Part shown: positions 37,328 through 49,270 of the stretch, piece after piece
Layout: each line of letters starts with the position of its first letter
Numbering within the stretch: position 1 is the first letter of the stretch
NCBI GenBank assembly: GCA_035221665.1
Contig: CM069150.1
Span: forward strand, 9,114,001-9,178,000
Length of the DNA stretch: 64,000 nt
Origin: Okamejei kenojei
Lineage: Eukaryota
Direction: 5' to 3'
Translations under genes and position numbers: made by a program
The notes under the pieces: model-generated
The model's database searches: none
Told to the model about the DNA's origin: nothing
The model's input: only the letters and a program-made list of their open reading frames with translations

Positions 37328-38808
37328 GGCCTCTCATTCGAACATATTATTCGCCGCCAATTCTGCCATCTTCAATGTGATGCCACCACCAATCACACCT
37401 TTCTGCTGAGACCTCTTTCTCTGCAATTCTTTGGTTTGCTCATACCTCCTCACCCAACTCACCCCCCACACCCCCTTCCCAGGCACCTTTTTCCACAGGA
37501 GAAGTAACACCTGACCCTATACCTCCTCCCTCACTTCCAGCCAGGGACACCAGCAGCCCTTCCTCATGAGTTTCACTTGCATCTCTTTCAACCTTGTCTG
37601 TTACATTTGGTGCTCCCGATGTGGCCTCCTTTATATCTGCAAGACCAAGCAAAGACTAAGCGACCATTTTGCTGAAGATCTGTACTCCGTACACCAAGGT
37701 CTGCTGGAGCTCACGGTTGTCAGCGATTTGATCTCCGCTTCCCATTCCCATATTGACCTTTCCGTCCTTGACCTACTCTACTGACCAAATTAAGCCACAT
37801 GAAAACTGGAAGAACAGCATGTCATATTCAATCCAATGGTATAAACATTGAACTCTCCAATTGAAACCCCCGTTCCCATCCCCTGTTGCACACCTTTAAA
37901 GCCACTACCATCATCAATCTTTTCTTTCCCTCCTCTGTCCACTTATCTCCTATCCCTCCCTACTCCGTCCCCCATTTCCATTTTATTCCATCCCCTTTCC
38001 CTTTCCCATGTACCCTTCTGCCCGTCTCACTCCTTGTGGCTTTACAATTCACTCCTCTTCCTTCCTCATCCGCCACCTTTTTGTCTCCATTTCATCTCTA
38101 GTCTTTGTTACTATCTCCACCCATCTGACAATCATCCTCACCTGTATCCTGTTTCACCCCACCCCTACCCCTCTTTACCAGTTTTACCCCTCCACGTCAT
38201 CAGTCTGCAGAAGGGTCTATTTATTTCCCTCCCAAGGTGCTTCTGGGTTTTCTTGGAAAACAAACCATTTACCTTCCTTTAACTTATTGCTTTAGATCCC
38301 ATTTCAAATAAATGGGGTTGTGCCACATATGCCAGCCAAGGGTGGTGTAAAGTTACTGGATCAGACGCAAACTGACTGGCCACACAGTTCCATATTTCTG
38401 AGCACAAATCTTGGAGTTAGTGCTGCATCCAGCGAGGTTAGATGACCCAACATTTGACCTGTGTTTCCCTGACATCCACATCACACAGTGCAATGTGGAA
38501 TTCAGGAGCACATTGGCCCATGAACTGCAGCTAACCTATGGATCTCTGTATACCATCCAGTAACAATTGTCATGATATGTCCTCGATTATCTATATTACT
38601 AAAAGTCTGTTCTTGACCGCTTTTGGCCCACTGTGCTGCGATTACTGAGAGAACGCCGCCATCTATGGCCGTCATTTTTGGCCACCTCGTTCAGAGCCTC
38701 TGCCTTACTGGACCAGAAGATTTTTCCCATTGATGAAAAATGAGAGAGATATTAAAGTTTTTAAAAAAATCCCCATTCTCTCTGTTCTCTCTGCTGCCCC
38801 TGCTGGCG

Positions 38809-38944
38809 GCAGGGGGAGGGGGGAGGGACTATAAAACCCGGAAGTGTCGTGCCTCACTCAGTCTCTGCCAGACCCAGGAAGCGAGAAGGTCACGGCTCTC
38901 TGAGCTGTGAATAGCACTGAACGGACGTCTACTCCACGGTGAGT
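38809..38944 (+). promoter_or_regulatory. Helitron-borne Pol II core promoter plus splice donor
   Basis: GC/GA boxes, TATAAAA 38830, ETS ccggaagtg 38838, Inr tcAgtct with A at 38860 (30 nt after the TATA T), donor acg|gtgagt at 38939. Confidence 0.55.
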
Positions 38945-38959
38945 CCCCTTGATGTGGTT

Positions 38960-39480
38960 GCTGCCAAATTGTTTACCTTTTTTTTTAAAGTTTGTTTTCA
39001 CAAAATGAATTTTGGTTGTCATGTGGCTGCAGCCAAATTGTTTGCCTCACCTTTTTAAAAAGTTTGTGTGCACAAAATGGGTTTTGGTTGTCAGGTGGCT
39101 GCAGCCCAATTGTTTGCCTCGTCTTTTTAAAGAGTTTGTGTTCACAAAATGGATTTTGGTTCTCAGGTGGCTGCAGCCCAATTGTTTGCCTCGCCTTTTT
39201 AAAAAGTTTGTGTTCACAAAATGGATTTTGGTTGTCAGGTGGCTGCAGCCCAATTGTTTGCCTCGTCTTTTAAAAATGTTTTTGTTCGCAAAATGGATTT
39301 TGGTTGTCAGGTGGCTGCAGCCAAATTGTTTGCCTCGCCTTTTTAAAGAGTTTGTGTTCACAAAATGGATTTTGGTTGTCAGGTGGCTGCAGCAAAATTG
39401 TTTGCCTCGTCTTTTTAAAAAGTTTGTGTTCACAAAATGGATTTTGGTTGTCAGGTGGCTGCAGCCAAATTGTTTGCCTT
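38960..39480 (+). repeat. 72-bp minisatellite, about 7 copies, inside the Helitron
   Basis: Unit tgtttgcctcgtctttttaaaaagtttgtgttcacaaaatggattttggttgtcaggtggctgcagcccaat. Confidence 0.95.
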
Positions 39481-40176
39481 GGCTTGGCTTTTAAAATCAT
39501 TGCAACAGTTGGCTGCCAGCCCATGAATCCATTCGGCCCACAATGTCTATACTAGCCCTTTGGAAACCAATACCTTTGGCCCGCAACACCCATACTAGCG
39601 CAACAGAAAGCCCCCCCCCCCCCCCCCCCCCCCCCCCCACTGGCGAGCTATATTGGAATTAGTGGAGAGGTGGAATATTGTGTTGGTGACCAGTGTGACC
39701 AGCTCTCCCGTGTGATGCTGGGACCCAAAGGGTCCCGCTTAGTCTAGTATAAATATATAAATTAAATCACATACGTTATTGCTGGTTAAAATCTTTTGAC
39801 GAGCAATTACTATTATCATGCATGAAACTTATAATTTAATTTCTGCACAGCAAGTTGCTATAGACATTGAAATAAGGACAAAGGTCATCAGCCTCAGTTG
39901 TTGGTTTGGGCAATACACTAGACTGCAATCCTGTGGCTATACTTCTAAATGACTTACTCCCTTGTCTTAAAAAACTTTCCCAAGTTTCCCAAGTAAACGT
40001 TAATACTTAAATTCCATGATGTCTTTTACTGTGCTTTAAGCACCAAAGCATCCATTGTTTGACCGTGGGTTGATGTGCCACTACATTTCATAGCTATTTG
40101 AGTTGACTGAGACATAATGGTTCTTCTGCAGTTATGAACATGATTCCTTGATTTAATTGTGTGCTTTTTGTTGCAG

Positions 40177-40284
40177 ACACCAGCTTGGCTAGAGCAAATG
40201 ATTGCTCATGTAACTTGGAGAGACCTCTTCTATAAACTGGCAGAAGCTCACCCCGACTGCTTGATGCTCAATTTTACTGTTAAG
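40177..40284 (+). CDS. NELFCD: NELFCD exon 5
   Basis: cag|[36 protein letters not shown]|gtaaaa; 108 nt. Confidence 0.97.
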
Positions 40285-40809
40285 GTAAAACCAACTTGGT
40301 TGCAATGTTTTTCTCTCACTTGTTTTTGAAATATGGGCATCGCGAGCGAGGCCATTATTTGTTATCCTCTCCTAATTGCCCAAAAGAAGGCGGTGAGTAA
40401 TTCTTAACTAAAAAATGAAGGAGGCTACAGAAAGTGCGGAATATTGCCTGGTCCATCACAGGTACAGCCCTCCCCACAATCGAAGGGATCTACAGGAACC
40501 ACTGCCTCAAGAAGGTTGCTGATATCATCAAAGACTCACACCTCCTTATCCACGGTCCCACCTTGCCGCTACCAATCGGGGAGAAGGTACAGGAGCCTGA
40601 GAACCATTACTTCCTAGTCCAAGAATAGCTTTGCACTACTAAAGTTGTGCTATGTATTTGGCTTGCATTATCAAGGTCTGATTTACCCAGAATATCTGTT
40701 CATTTATTTTATTTACTTGTTGTTTGTAATGTTTAATGTTCCTATAAAGCTGCAGCAAGTAAAACTTTCACCCAATGACAAACATTCTTGAACTCCAATT
40801 TGTCTTCTC

Positions 40810-41610
40810 CTCCCCACTATTTAGTTTAAACCCACCCATGTAGCAGCGGCAAACCTGCCTGCCAGAATGCTGGTCCCCCGCCTGTCAAGGTGTAACCCGT
40901 TCCTTTTGTACAATTCACCCTTACCCCAAAACAGATCCCATTGGTCTAAGAATCTAAATCCCTGAACCCTGCATCATCTCCTCAGCCACACATTCAGATC
41001 CCCTATCTCCCTGTTCCTGCCCTCACCAGCACGAGGAATTGAAAGCAAACCGGAGATAACCACCCTGGAGGTCCTGCTTTTCAGCCTTCTTCTGAGCTCT
41101 CGGAAATCACTTTCCTCTTCTGCCCAACATCATTTGCGCCGACATGCACGACCACTTCCGGCTGCTCATCTTCACCCTTGAGGGTGTCCTGCAATCGGTC
41201 CGTGACGTCCTGGAGGGTGAACCTTTTTTTCAAGAGGTACATCCCCCGGGATCTCCTGTACTCCAAGCTTCCTTCCTTTCCTCATCATCACCCACCTTCT
41301 CTCTTCCGGTACCTTTAGTGTGACAATCTAGGAAACTCATTTTCTCGGATGATCCTGAGGTCATCCAGTTGCCTCTCCATTGTCCCAACACGGTCCTTCA
41401 GGAGCTGAACCTAGACACGCTTTCCCCAGTTGTGGCAGCCAGAGGCACCAGCAGTATTCCTGACCTCCCACATCCTGCAAGCATCACATTGAATCAGCTT
41501 ACCTGTCATTACTTCACTGCGTCTCCCCCTCTCCAACTTTTGGCGTAGTCTCCTCACCTCAGCTTCCTCGCCGAAGACTCTCAAGCCAAAGACTTGCACT
41601 TTTCTTAGAT
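40810..41610 (-). mobile_element. CR1 ORF1 (zinc finger + SGNH esterase) fragment
   Basis: LIQCDACRMWEV and DVTDRLQDTLKGEDEQPEVVVHVGANDVG. Confidence 0.85.
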
Positions 41611-42979
41611 AAATTGACTAATTCGCTAACTTACCGATTTGCTAATTAAATTTCTCAGCCAATCCCCGCACTCACTCCTTTACTTGCTTGAAGGTATGTG
41701 GAGGATGATCACAGCCACGTTTCCTATTTCAGATAAAGTCAACTGTGAGATGTGAGTAATAAGCTCCTAGAAGACCTCAGTAGGCCAAGCGGCATCTGTT
41801 GGGCCCCTTCCACTGGACTGAAAGAGTGGAGGGAAGAAAATCAACATAAAGAGGAGGTGGGGTGGAGCAGCAACTCTTACCCCACCAAGCAGATTGTTTT
41901 TTGCTCAAGATTCCAGCATCTGCAATTTAGCAATGTGAAGACACCTCAAAGAAACAGCTTATCATCTACCCTTCAAAGCAACTTTGGGAGGAAGGTTCCA
42001 CACTGGGTGCTCTCCCTATGGGAATTCTGAATGCAGAACACCTCAGCATGCTTGGAACTTGCATGGACTCGGAACAGATAACCGCCTCATTTCAGCCTAC
42101 TTATGTATTCCATTCGCAAGCAGACTCTTTAAGCACACATCTCATATTTAACCACAAGCATGGCTTGTGATAACATCTTCATAATAAAGTCTGCTTTCAG
42201 ACACATTTGATGGATTACAGTAATCTTTCAACACTGTCGAATGATTCTCAGTTACATTCTCACACGTAGATAGAGCATAAGTCGATGGCTGTGAGCAATT
42301 TGAGCTACATGCAAATGTCACCAAGAATTAACAAGTTGTTACTAGTGAGTGATAGAGTAAAGGGTCATCCATTTATAACAGAGTGAAGTAGAATTTTTGC
42401 ATTCAGAGGGTTGATAATCTTTGGAATTCACTACTCCATAGAACTGTGGAGGTGAAGTCATTGAATGTATTCAAGGTGGAGATTGATTGACATTTTAACT
42501 ATAAGGGAGTCAAGTGGAATGGGAAGTGAGCAGGAGAGTTGTATTCTAGCTATGTTAGGATCGACCATAGTCCTATTGAAAGGCAGGGCGGGGCTGTGGG
42601 GGCAATTAGCCTACTACTAATATTGTTATGAAAAACTGATTCCAAGGAAAGATAACTTTCCTTGTCAAATCTGCTGCTTTATGTCCATGACATTTTGATG
42701 CACATTTACTTTGGCTCTGTCACCTTCCTTCAGTACAGGCAGCATCCCTGTAATGAATCCTAGAACTGCTCCTTGTCCTGTAGGAGAAAGATAGTGCACA
42801 GCGTACCAGTGGAAATTGAATATGAGGATGGACTATCTAACGATTTAAAACAAATAGTAAATATAATAAGAACCAAATCTCTGGCTAAATCAAAACCAAT
42901 TTAATGGGGTAAAAAGTCACTTACCTTTTATACATTTGTTCAGGAGGTAAATTGTTTTTATGTTTTTGTCTCACCACAG

Positions 42980-43132
42980 CTAATTTCAGATGCTGGATAC
43001 CAGGGTGAAATAACCAGCGTGTCAACGGCCTGTCAGCAGCTAGAGGTCTTCTCCCGCGTTCTCCGCACCTCTCTTGCCACACTTGTTGATGGGGGTGAAG
43101 AACATTTGGAGAAAAACCTGCCGGAATTTGCA
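42980..43132 (+). CDS. NELFCD: NELFCD exon 6
   Basis: cag|LISDAGYQGEITSVSTACQQLEVFSRVLRTSLATLVDGGEEHLEKNLPEFA|gtgagt; 153 nt. Confidence 0.97.
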
Positions 43133-43473
43133 GTGAGTGTCTTTCTCTTCAGTTTGATGCAATAGCTGAACTATTTGGGATGTTGGTACAAAGCAGTTTA
43201 TTTATGAAGAAGCAAACTCATCGACAGCCCCCACTGTTTCATGTCTCCAGGTTTGCACTCCCTTCCACCGATCCTACTTATTCATATCAGATTTGCTTCA
43301 GATGGTTCAGATACATTGGCAAGAAGCATTTCACTACACCAATTGGTGTATGTGATCAATAAAATAACCTTTGAACCTTTGATCCTTTGGTTTACTTTTT
43401 ATGGGTGAGGGATTTTTACAACGTAATTACAGCTTGCCCTTTGATCTCACACGACATTTCGCACTTCCCCTTC

Positions 43474-43789
43474 NNNNNNNNNNNNNNNNNNNNNNNNNNN
43501 NNNNNNNNNNNNNNNNNNNNNNNNNNNNNNNNNNNNNNNNNNNNNNNNNNNNNNNNNNNNNNNNNNNNNNNNNNNNNNNNNNNNNNNNNNNNNNNNNNNN
43601 NNNNNNNNNNNNNNNNNNNNNNNNNNNNNNNNNNNNNNNNNNNNNNNNNNNNNNNNNNNNNNNNNNNNNNNNNNNNNNNNNNNNNNNNNNNNNNNNNNNN
43701 NNNNNNNNNNNNNNNNNNNNNNNNNNNNNNNNNNNNNNNNNNNNNNNNNNNNNNNNNNNNNNNNNNNNNNNNNNNNNNNNNNNNNNNNN
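43474..43789. other. Assembly gap (316 N)
   Basis: Run of n in NELFCD intron 6. Confidence 1.
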
Positions 43790-44117
43790 TGCTCCTTTGG
43801 GGCATGCAAGAAGGGAGAAGAGCGGCAATCTCGAGATCCTGGGGAGGGAGAATCGGGGAGGGGATAGAGGGAGGGGAGTAGGGAGGGGAGAGGAGTTATG
43901 GAGGGAGCGAGTGACTGAGGGTAGGGGAAAGGAGAGGTCAGTTTCTGTGCTGGTTTTCCCAAAGTCAGGAGGTCTCACAGTACTCTGTTTCCCTTGAGGG
44001 CTAATCCCACAAGGAAGTGTGGCCTATAGTCACTGTCATTAAACCCACGCTCTGGGGTCGTGTGCTCTGTAATGCTGTCAGGCAGAGAAACATTGATCTG
44101 ATTACAACAGCTTGTCT

Positions 44118-44251
44118 TCTTCTTTCGTGTGGTGTGCCCAACCTAAAGTTGCTGGACAACTTGTTCTATTTGATCTTCCGTTTGTGCACGTCGAGTTGAT
44201 TGCATTAGTCGAAACAGGGCGGGCCACGTGAAGGTTGCAATCTCCCACCCC
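44118..44251 (-). mobile_element. Short ribozyme-headed non-LTR retroelement, copy 2
   Basis: TSD aacagcttgtct 44106-44117 / atcagcttgtct 44252-44263; (GAA)n tail; same 5' start as copy 1. Confidence 0.85.
44198..44251 (-). ncRNA. Minimal HDV-like ribozyme, copy 2
   Basis: GGGGTGG-GA-GATTGCA-ACC-TTCACGT-GGC-CCGCCCT-GT-TTCGA-CTAA-TGCAATC; G1-U wobble at the cleavage site; one P3 mismatch. Confidence 0.75.
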
Positions 44252-45275
44252 ATCAGCTTGTCTCTTCCACTTTCACTTCATAATCTGATGGAGCATCTTG
44301 CTCTTTAATCAGGTGGTATTCTTTAAATTACTAGTTATATTGTCATTATATATGAACTTCATATAGGTCTTGTGTCATTTGTTCCCAAAATCCTGTAATA
44401 GACCCTACACCGTGACTTTGAATAACAATTTACACCACCATGGGAGTGTTAAAGAAACTGAAGTAATTAGTTAAACAATCCTTGTAAATTATGGTAAGAT
44501 AATCTTCATATCCTCATTATATCCTCCTCTACAATTCCCTTTCCTTCGCAGTTCTTCTGCTATTTCAAACATCATCCCACACCAAATGACCCAACACATC
44601 TTTGTTGAAAAGGCACAAGAACAAAACCTGGGCCATGTGATTAACTCACATTTATTTGGTGCTTGGTCTATCTCGCTGACCCACAAGCCAGGTTAGAGCA
44701 GCTAGAAATGACAGCAGTTTGCCCCAGAGTTAATGGTGGTTGTTGTTATGGGCGTGTATTATCCTCCTCCCCAATCAGAAGTTAAAATCTTCCCCTACCT
44801 CATCTCATTGATGTTGATCTATGTAATGTGGTAGCTTGACTTAATGCACTATACATCTGGACTTGGCTCAACGGCATATGCAAAATATCATCATTCTCCA
44901 TGTCCCGTCTGGCATATCTATTAGCTGCACTGCTGCTTTATTAAAATGGGCTACTATCAGTTTCAGCATCTTTTGATCTATCAGAAACTGAACCACTCTT
45001 TCCAAACCTCTTTTAACTACCTTCAGAAAAAGGAAAACCCTGTTTCTTCGTGGCTTCCTCTCCTCCCGAGACATCTGCACTTCCATGAAAAGGACTTGCC
45101 CACAGTCACGTTTGTGTCTAGCATGTGGCCTGAGGACCCAGTATCTGGTATACTAATTGATACTGGATATTATCCAACCCCACTATACACGAGCTTTCCC
45201 TGACACCGGGGTATAACTAAGTGCAGGGAATATACTACAATTGTACTTCAATTAATTAGGTTGTTTGGTTTCTAA

Positions 45276-45472
45276 AGGGCCTGTCCCACTTGGGCGAGGT
45301 TTCTGCGTAATTTCCGCGTGTGCCGTGCACGTGATGCGAGCATTGTGCGCATTACGCGCGCGTGCTGCGTGGTGACATAGGCAATGACGCGCGGTTGTAG
45401 GCGGCGCCCCAGGATTTTGGGATGTTCAAAATCTTTGCGCGCCATCTGCGTGACGCACAAATGACGCCCAAC
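45276..45472. mobile_element. PIF/Harbinger-type MITE, right end truncated
   Basis: taa|agggcctgtcccacttgggcg left end resembles the MITE at 62016; CpG-rich interior; partial inverse cgcccaa. Confidence 0.6.
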
Positions 45473-45656
45473 TTTAGGTTCTAGTAGTGGCAGCTTCTCC
45501 GGCTTTATTTACATTTCTAAACATGTATTTTAGTTAGCGGCTCTCTGACTACAAGACTCCCTGTTGTTCCTTTTGCTGGTTTTAATTTAAGATTCCCATT
45601 TGTATGCATATGTGAAAGAGGTTGTTCACTAATATTGTTTTTGACAATATTCACAG

Positions 45657-45787
45657 AAAATGGTATGTCACGGGGAGCATACATACCTTTACGCTCAGTC
45701 TATAATGTCTGTGTTGGCTCAAGAAGAACAAGGTGGGGCAGCTGTCCGAAGAATTGCACAGGAAGTTCAGAGATATGCACACGAGAA
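45657..45787 (+). CDS. NELFCD: NELFCD exon 7
   Basis: cag|KMVCHGEHTYLYAQSIMSVLAQEEQGGAAVRRIAQEVQRYAHE(K)|gtaaga; 131 nt. Confidence 0.97.
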
Positions 45788-46974
45788 GTAAGAATATAAT
45801 CAATCCTTTGGAACTTTGGGACTTTGGAAAATTTCAAAGGCTTTATTTCAAAGACATATGCCGCTGTATTTATTGAAATAATTCCCTTCCTACTGTTCCT
45901 AACCTGCTCGAGGATACAGTTCCATTTTCATTGGTCACCTTGTACCACATTGTGCATGGGGATCTTCCACATGTGGGCATGGGTCATCATTCTCATTCGG
46001 GCAAAGATAGACACAAGAAGCTGGAGTAACTCAGCGGGACATGCAGCATCTCTGGAGCGAAGGAATGGGTGACCTTTTGTGTCGAGACCCTTCTTCATAC
46101 TGGTTAGGAATAAGGGAAACACGAGATATAGATGGTGATGTAGAGAGGTAAAGAGCAATGAATGAAAGATATGCGAAAAAGTAACAATGATAAAGGAAAC
46201 GGGCCATTGTTCGCTGTGTGTACAGTAAAAATGAGAAGCTAGTGCGATTTGAGTGGGGGAGGGATAGAAAGAGAGGGAATGCCGGGGCGTCCTGAAGTGA
46301 GAGAAATCAATATTCATACCACTGTAAACTGCCCAAGCAAAATATGAGATGCTGTTCCTCCAATTTGTGTTTAGCCTCATTCTGACAATGGTAATGGCAC
46401 TCTGCTAAACTCTCATTTGGGCACTGTTCACACTCTATCTATGAGCACTATTCATCTGCTGTATGTCTACTTCTCATATTCCATTGTCCATTAGATGTGT
46501 ACTGGTCATCATTAACTCACCCATGGGCATCTACAGTCAATCGTGCATTTGTGCTGGTCACTTTACACCATTTTCATTGTCATGGTATTTATATGGCTGG
46601 TAAGGTGACTTTCTTGTCAATGTCTCAGGTTAATAACTCAGCTATAGTAACGTCATTGAATAAGAAGAGTGAGCAGTTAGATTCTGTGGTTGGAAATGGC
46701 CACTGTGTGGCAATTCATGGCATGAATGTTACTTGCCACTTAACAGCGCCTGAATATAGTCGTGGCCATGCTGTATGCAGGCATGGGCTCATTCATGCAC
46801 CGAGGAGTTGCAAATGGAACTAAACATTGTTCAATCAACAGCGAACATCACAATTTCTCTCTTTTGAAAGTTGGTCATGGATGTATGAGCCAGAGATAGC
46901 CAAGCCTTGGAAACTGCCTTGAGGAATTCTTGCAATGGTAGTCTAGGATGATTGACTCCAACAATAACAACAAT

Positions 46975-47548
46975 CCCAAGCAGTCCTTCCAGGTCCGACA
47001 GAGGTTCACCTGCACCTCCTCCAACCTCATCTACTGCATCCGCTGCTCCAGATGCCAGATGATCTATATCGGTGAGACCAAGCGGAGGCTTGGCGATCGT
47101 TTCGCCGAACACCTCCGCTCGGTCCGCAATTAACCAACCCGACCTCCCGGTGGCTCAGCACTTCAACTCCCCCTCCCATTCCGTATCCGACCTCTCTATC
47201 CTGTGCCTCCTCCAAGGCCAGAGTGAGCAACACCGCAAATTGGAGGAACAGCACCTCATATTCCGCTTGGGGAGTCTGCATCCTCTGGGCTTGAACATTG
47301 AATTTTCTCAATTCTGTTAACCCTTGCTGCCTCCTCCCCTTCCCACCTCTCCCTCAGCCCTCGGGCTCCTCCTCCTCCTTTTTCCTTTCTTCTCCCTGCC
47401 CCCCCCCACCTCCCATCAGTCTGAAGAAGGGTTTCGGCCCGAAACGTTGCCTATCTCCTTCGCTCGTTAGATGCTGCTGCACCCGCTGAGTTTCTCCAGC
47501 CTTTTGTGTACCCTCGATTTTCCAGCATCTGCAGTTCCTTCTTTAACA
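46975..47548 (+). mobile_element. Penelope-like GIY-YIG 3' fragment (young subfamily)
   Basis: PKQSFQVRQRFTCTSSNLIYCIRCSRCQMIYIGETKRRLGDRFAEHL; closely similar to the reverse complement of 35440-35790. Confidence 0.92.
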
Positions 47549-48734
47549 ACCATCTCGCTTTGTGCGATCATTGCAAATCATTGGAATGTTATCCCCATGA
47601 TGCCTAATGTTCAGTTTTACCAGTGCATGTTGATGCAATACTCAGTTGAAAGCTGATGTCAACCAAGGGCAATCAATGTCACCTCACCTCTATAATCCAG
47701 CTCTTTTGTGTGTCTGAAGATAAGGTCTGAAGACGTGATCCTGGTGAAACCTAAAATGGGCATTGGTGGACAAGTTATTGATAATGCTGATTAGCAATGT
47801 TGAAGATGCCTTCAATATTTGTTGATAATTGACTGATTTAGCCAAAATAGATTTGTGAATGGCTAATTTTCCGATGTGATTGGATAGAAGCCAGTCCCAT
47901 TTATGAAGTTGAACAGTTTGCAAGAGCCAAGTCTGGTCCTGGAGCCCAAGTCGTATATTACTAGAGATGGGATGTTGGCCCATCCCATAGATTCTGCTTT
48001 ATATTAGGCACTACATCACTGGCTCCCCTGTCTAGTCTATAAGCCGGATCCTCAAAACAACTCGAATAGTCAAAAATGATTTCCCTTTCATAAATCCTCA
48101 CTGACTCTGCTCAATCCTACTGCTCTTCTCATGATTTCTGTTATATCCTTGTAATAGATTCCAGCATTTGCCCTGCTACAGATATGAAGCCAGCATATCG
48201 ATTGTTGCTCGTTTTCCCTTTATCTTCTCTGTTAAATCATGGGTTAATATTTGCTACTCTCCCAACTACAGGAACAATTTCAGAAATCTATGGAATTTTG
48301 GGAAAAGGTAATTGAAGTGGACGCGATCTGTAATCACCGCTTTCAAAACTCTGGAATGTAGAGTGTCAGTTCCTTGGGATTTGTCAGCTTTCATTCTTGC
48401 CAACTTGTCTTGCTAAACTTTTTTTTACTATCACTTCAATAAGATCACCTTTCATTTTTCTAAACTCAGGTTTTCTCCAATCTGCTTAATCTTTCCACTT
48501 TCAATGCTATCGAATGAATCAATTTGTGAAATGTTTGCCACATTTCATTATTACAGGTACGCCGTTCCTTAGTTGGGAAAGTCAGACCAAGACACCATGT
48601 TTCAGATCTGATCTCACTAGAGCTCTGTACAATTGGAGCAATTGTTCAAATTGTATTCAAATCCTCTTGCATTAAAGATCAATTATGCTGAGAGCCAAGG
48701 AAATCTGCTGTATAGGCCAGTTTATTGTTTGCCT

Positions 48735-49270
48735 GTGTAGAAAGGAATTGCAAGATAAACACAAGTGCTGGAGTAACTCAGCAGGTCACGCAGCATCTCT
48801 GGAGGAAAAGAATGGGTGATGTTTCGGGTTGGGGCCCTTCTTCAGACTGAAAGTAGAGGGGAGGGAACTGGAGGTAAGTAAAGGCCAGAACAAAGCAGGG
48901 TCGGCAACAGATGACCAAGGAAGGGTGGAGCCCATAATGGTCCATTGTTGGCTCGGGAAGAGGTAATAACGAAGGGATACAAGGAAGTGAACGGTGGAAC
49001 GAGCAGGCTGACTCGGGTGGGGAAGGGCGTGGAGAGAGAGAATGCAGGGGTTTTCTTGATATTAGGGAAATCAACATCCATATCGCTGGGTTGTAAGCTG
49101 CCCAAGCAAAATATGATGTGCTGTTCCTCCAATTTGCGTGTGACTGCGGAGAAGGCTGAATTGGAAGTGGAGTTAAGATGTTTGGAAACCAGGAGATCAC
49201 GTAGGCCAAGGTGGACTGAGCATAAGTGTTCATCAAAACGATCACCCAGTTTGCTCCTAGTCTTGCCTTC
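48735..49270 (-). mobile_element. Penelope-like 3' fragment
   Basis: EEQHIIFCLGSLQP and the ctgaagaagggccccaacccgaaac terminal motif. Confidence 0.8.

Larger units (their letters stand above)
38590..39747 (+). mobile_element. Non-autonomous Helitron
   Basis: A|TCtatattactaaaag 5' end; subterminal hairpin gggaccc-aaa-gggtccc 39720-39736; 3' CTAG|T; no TSD. Confidence 0.9.

Noticed and set aside
38992-39555. Repetitive ORFs such as WLQPNCLPRLFK
   Set aside because: Artefact of a 72-bp (24-codon) minisatellite
43387-43997. Long ORFs containing X runs
   Set aside because: They span the N gap
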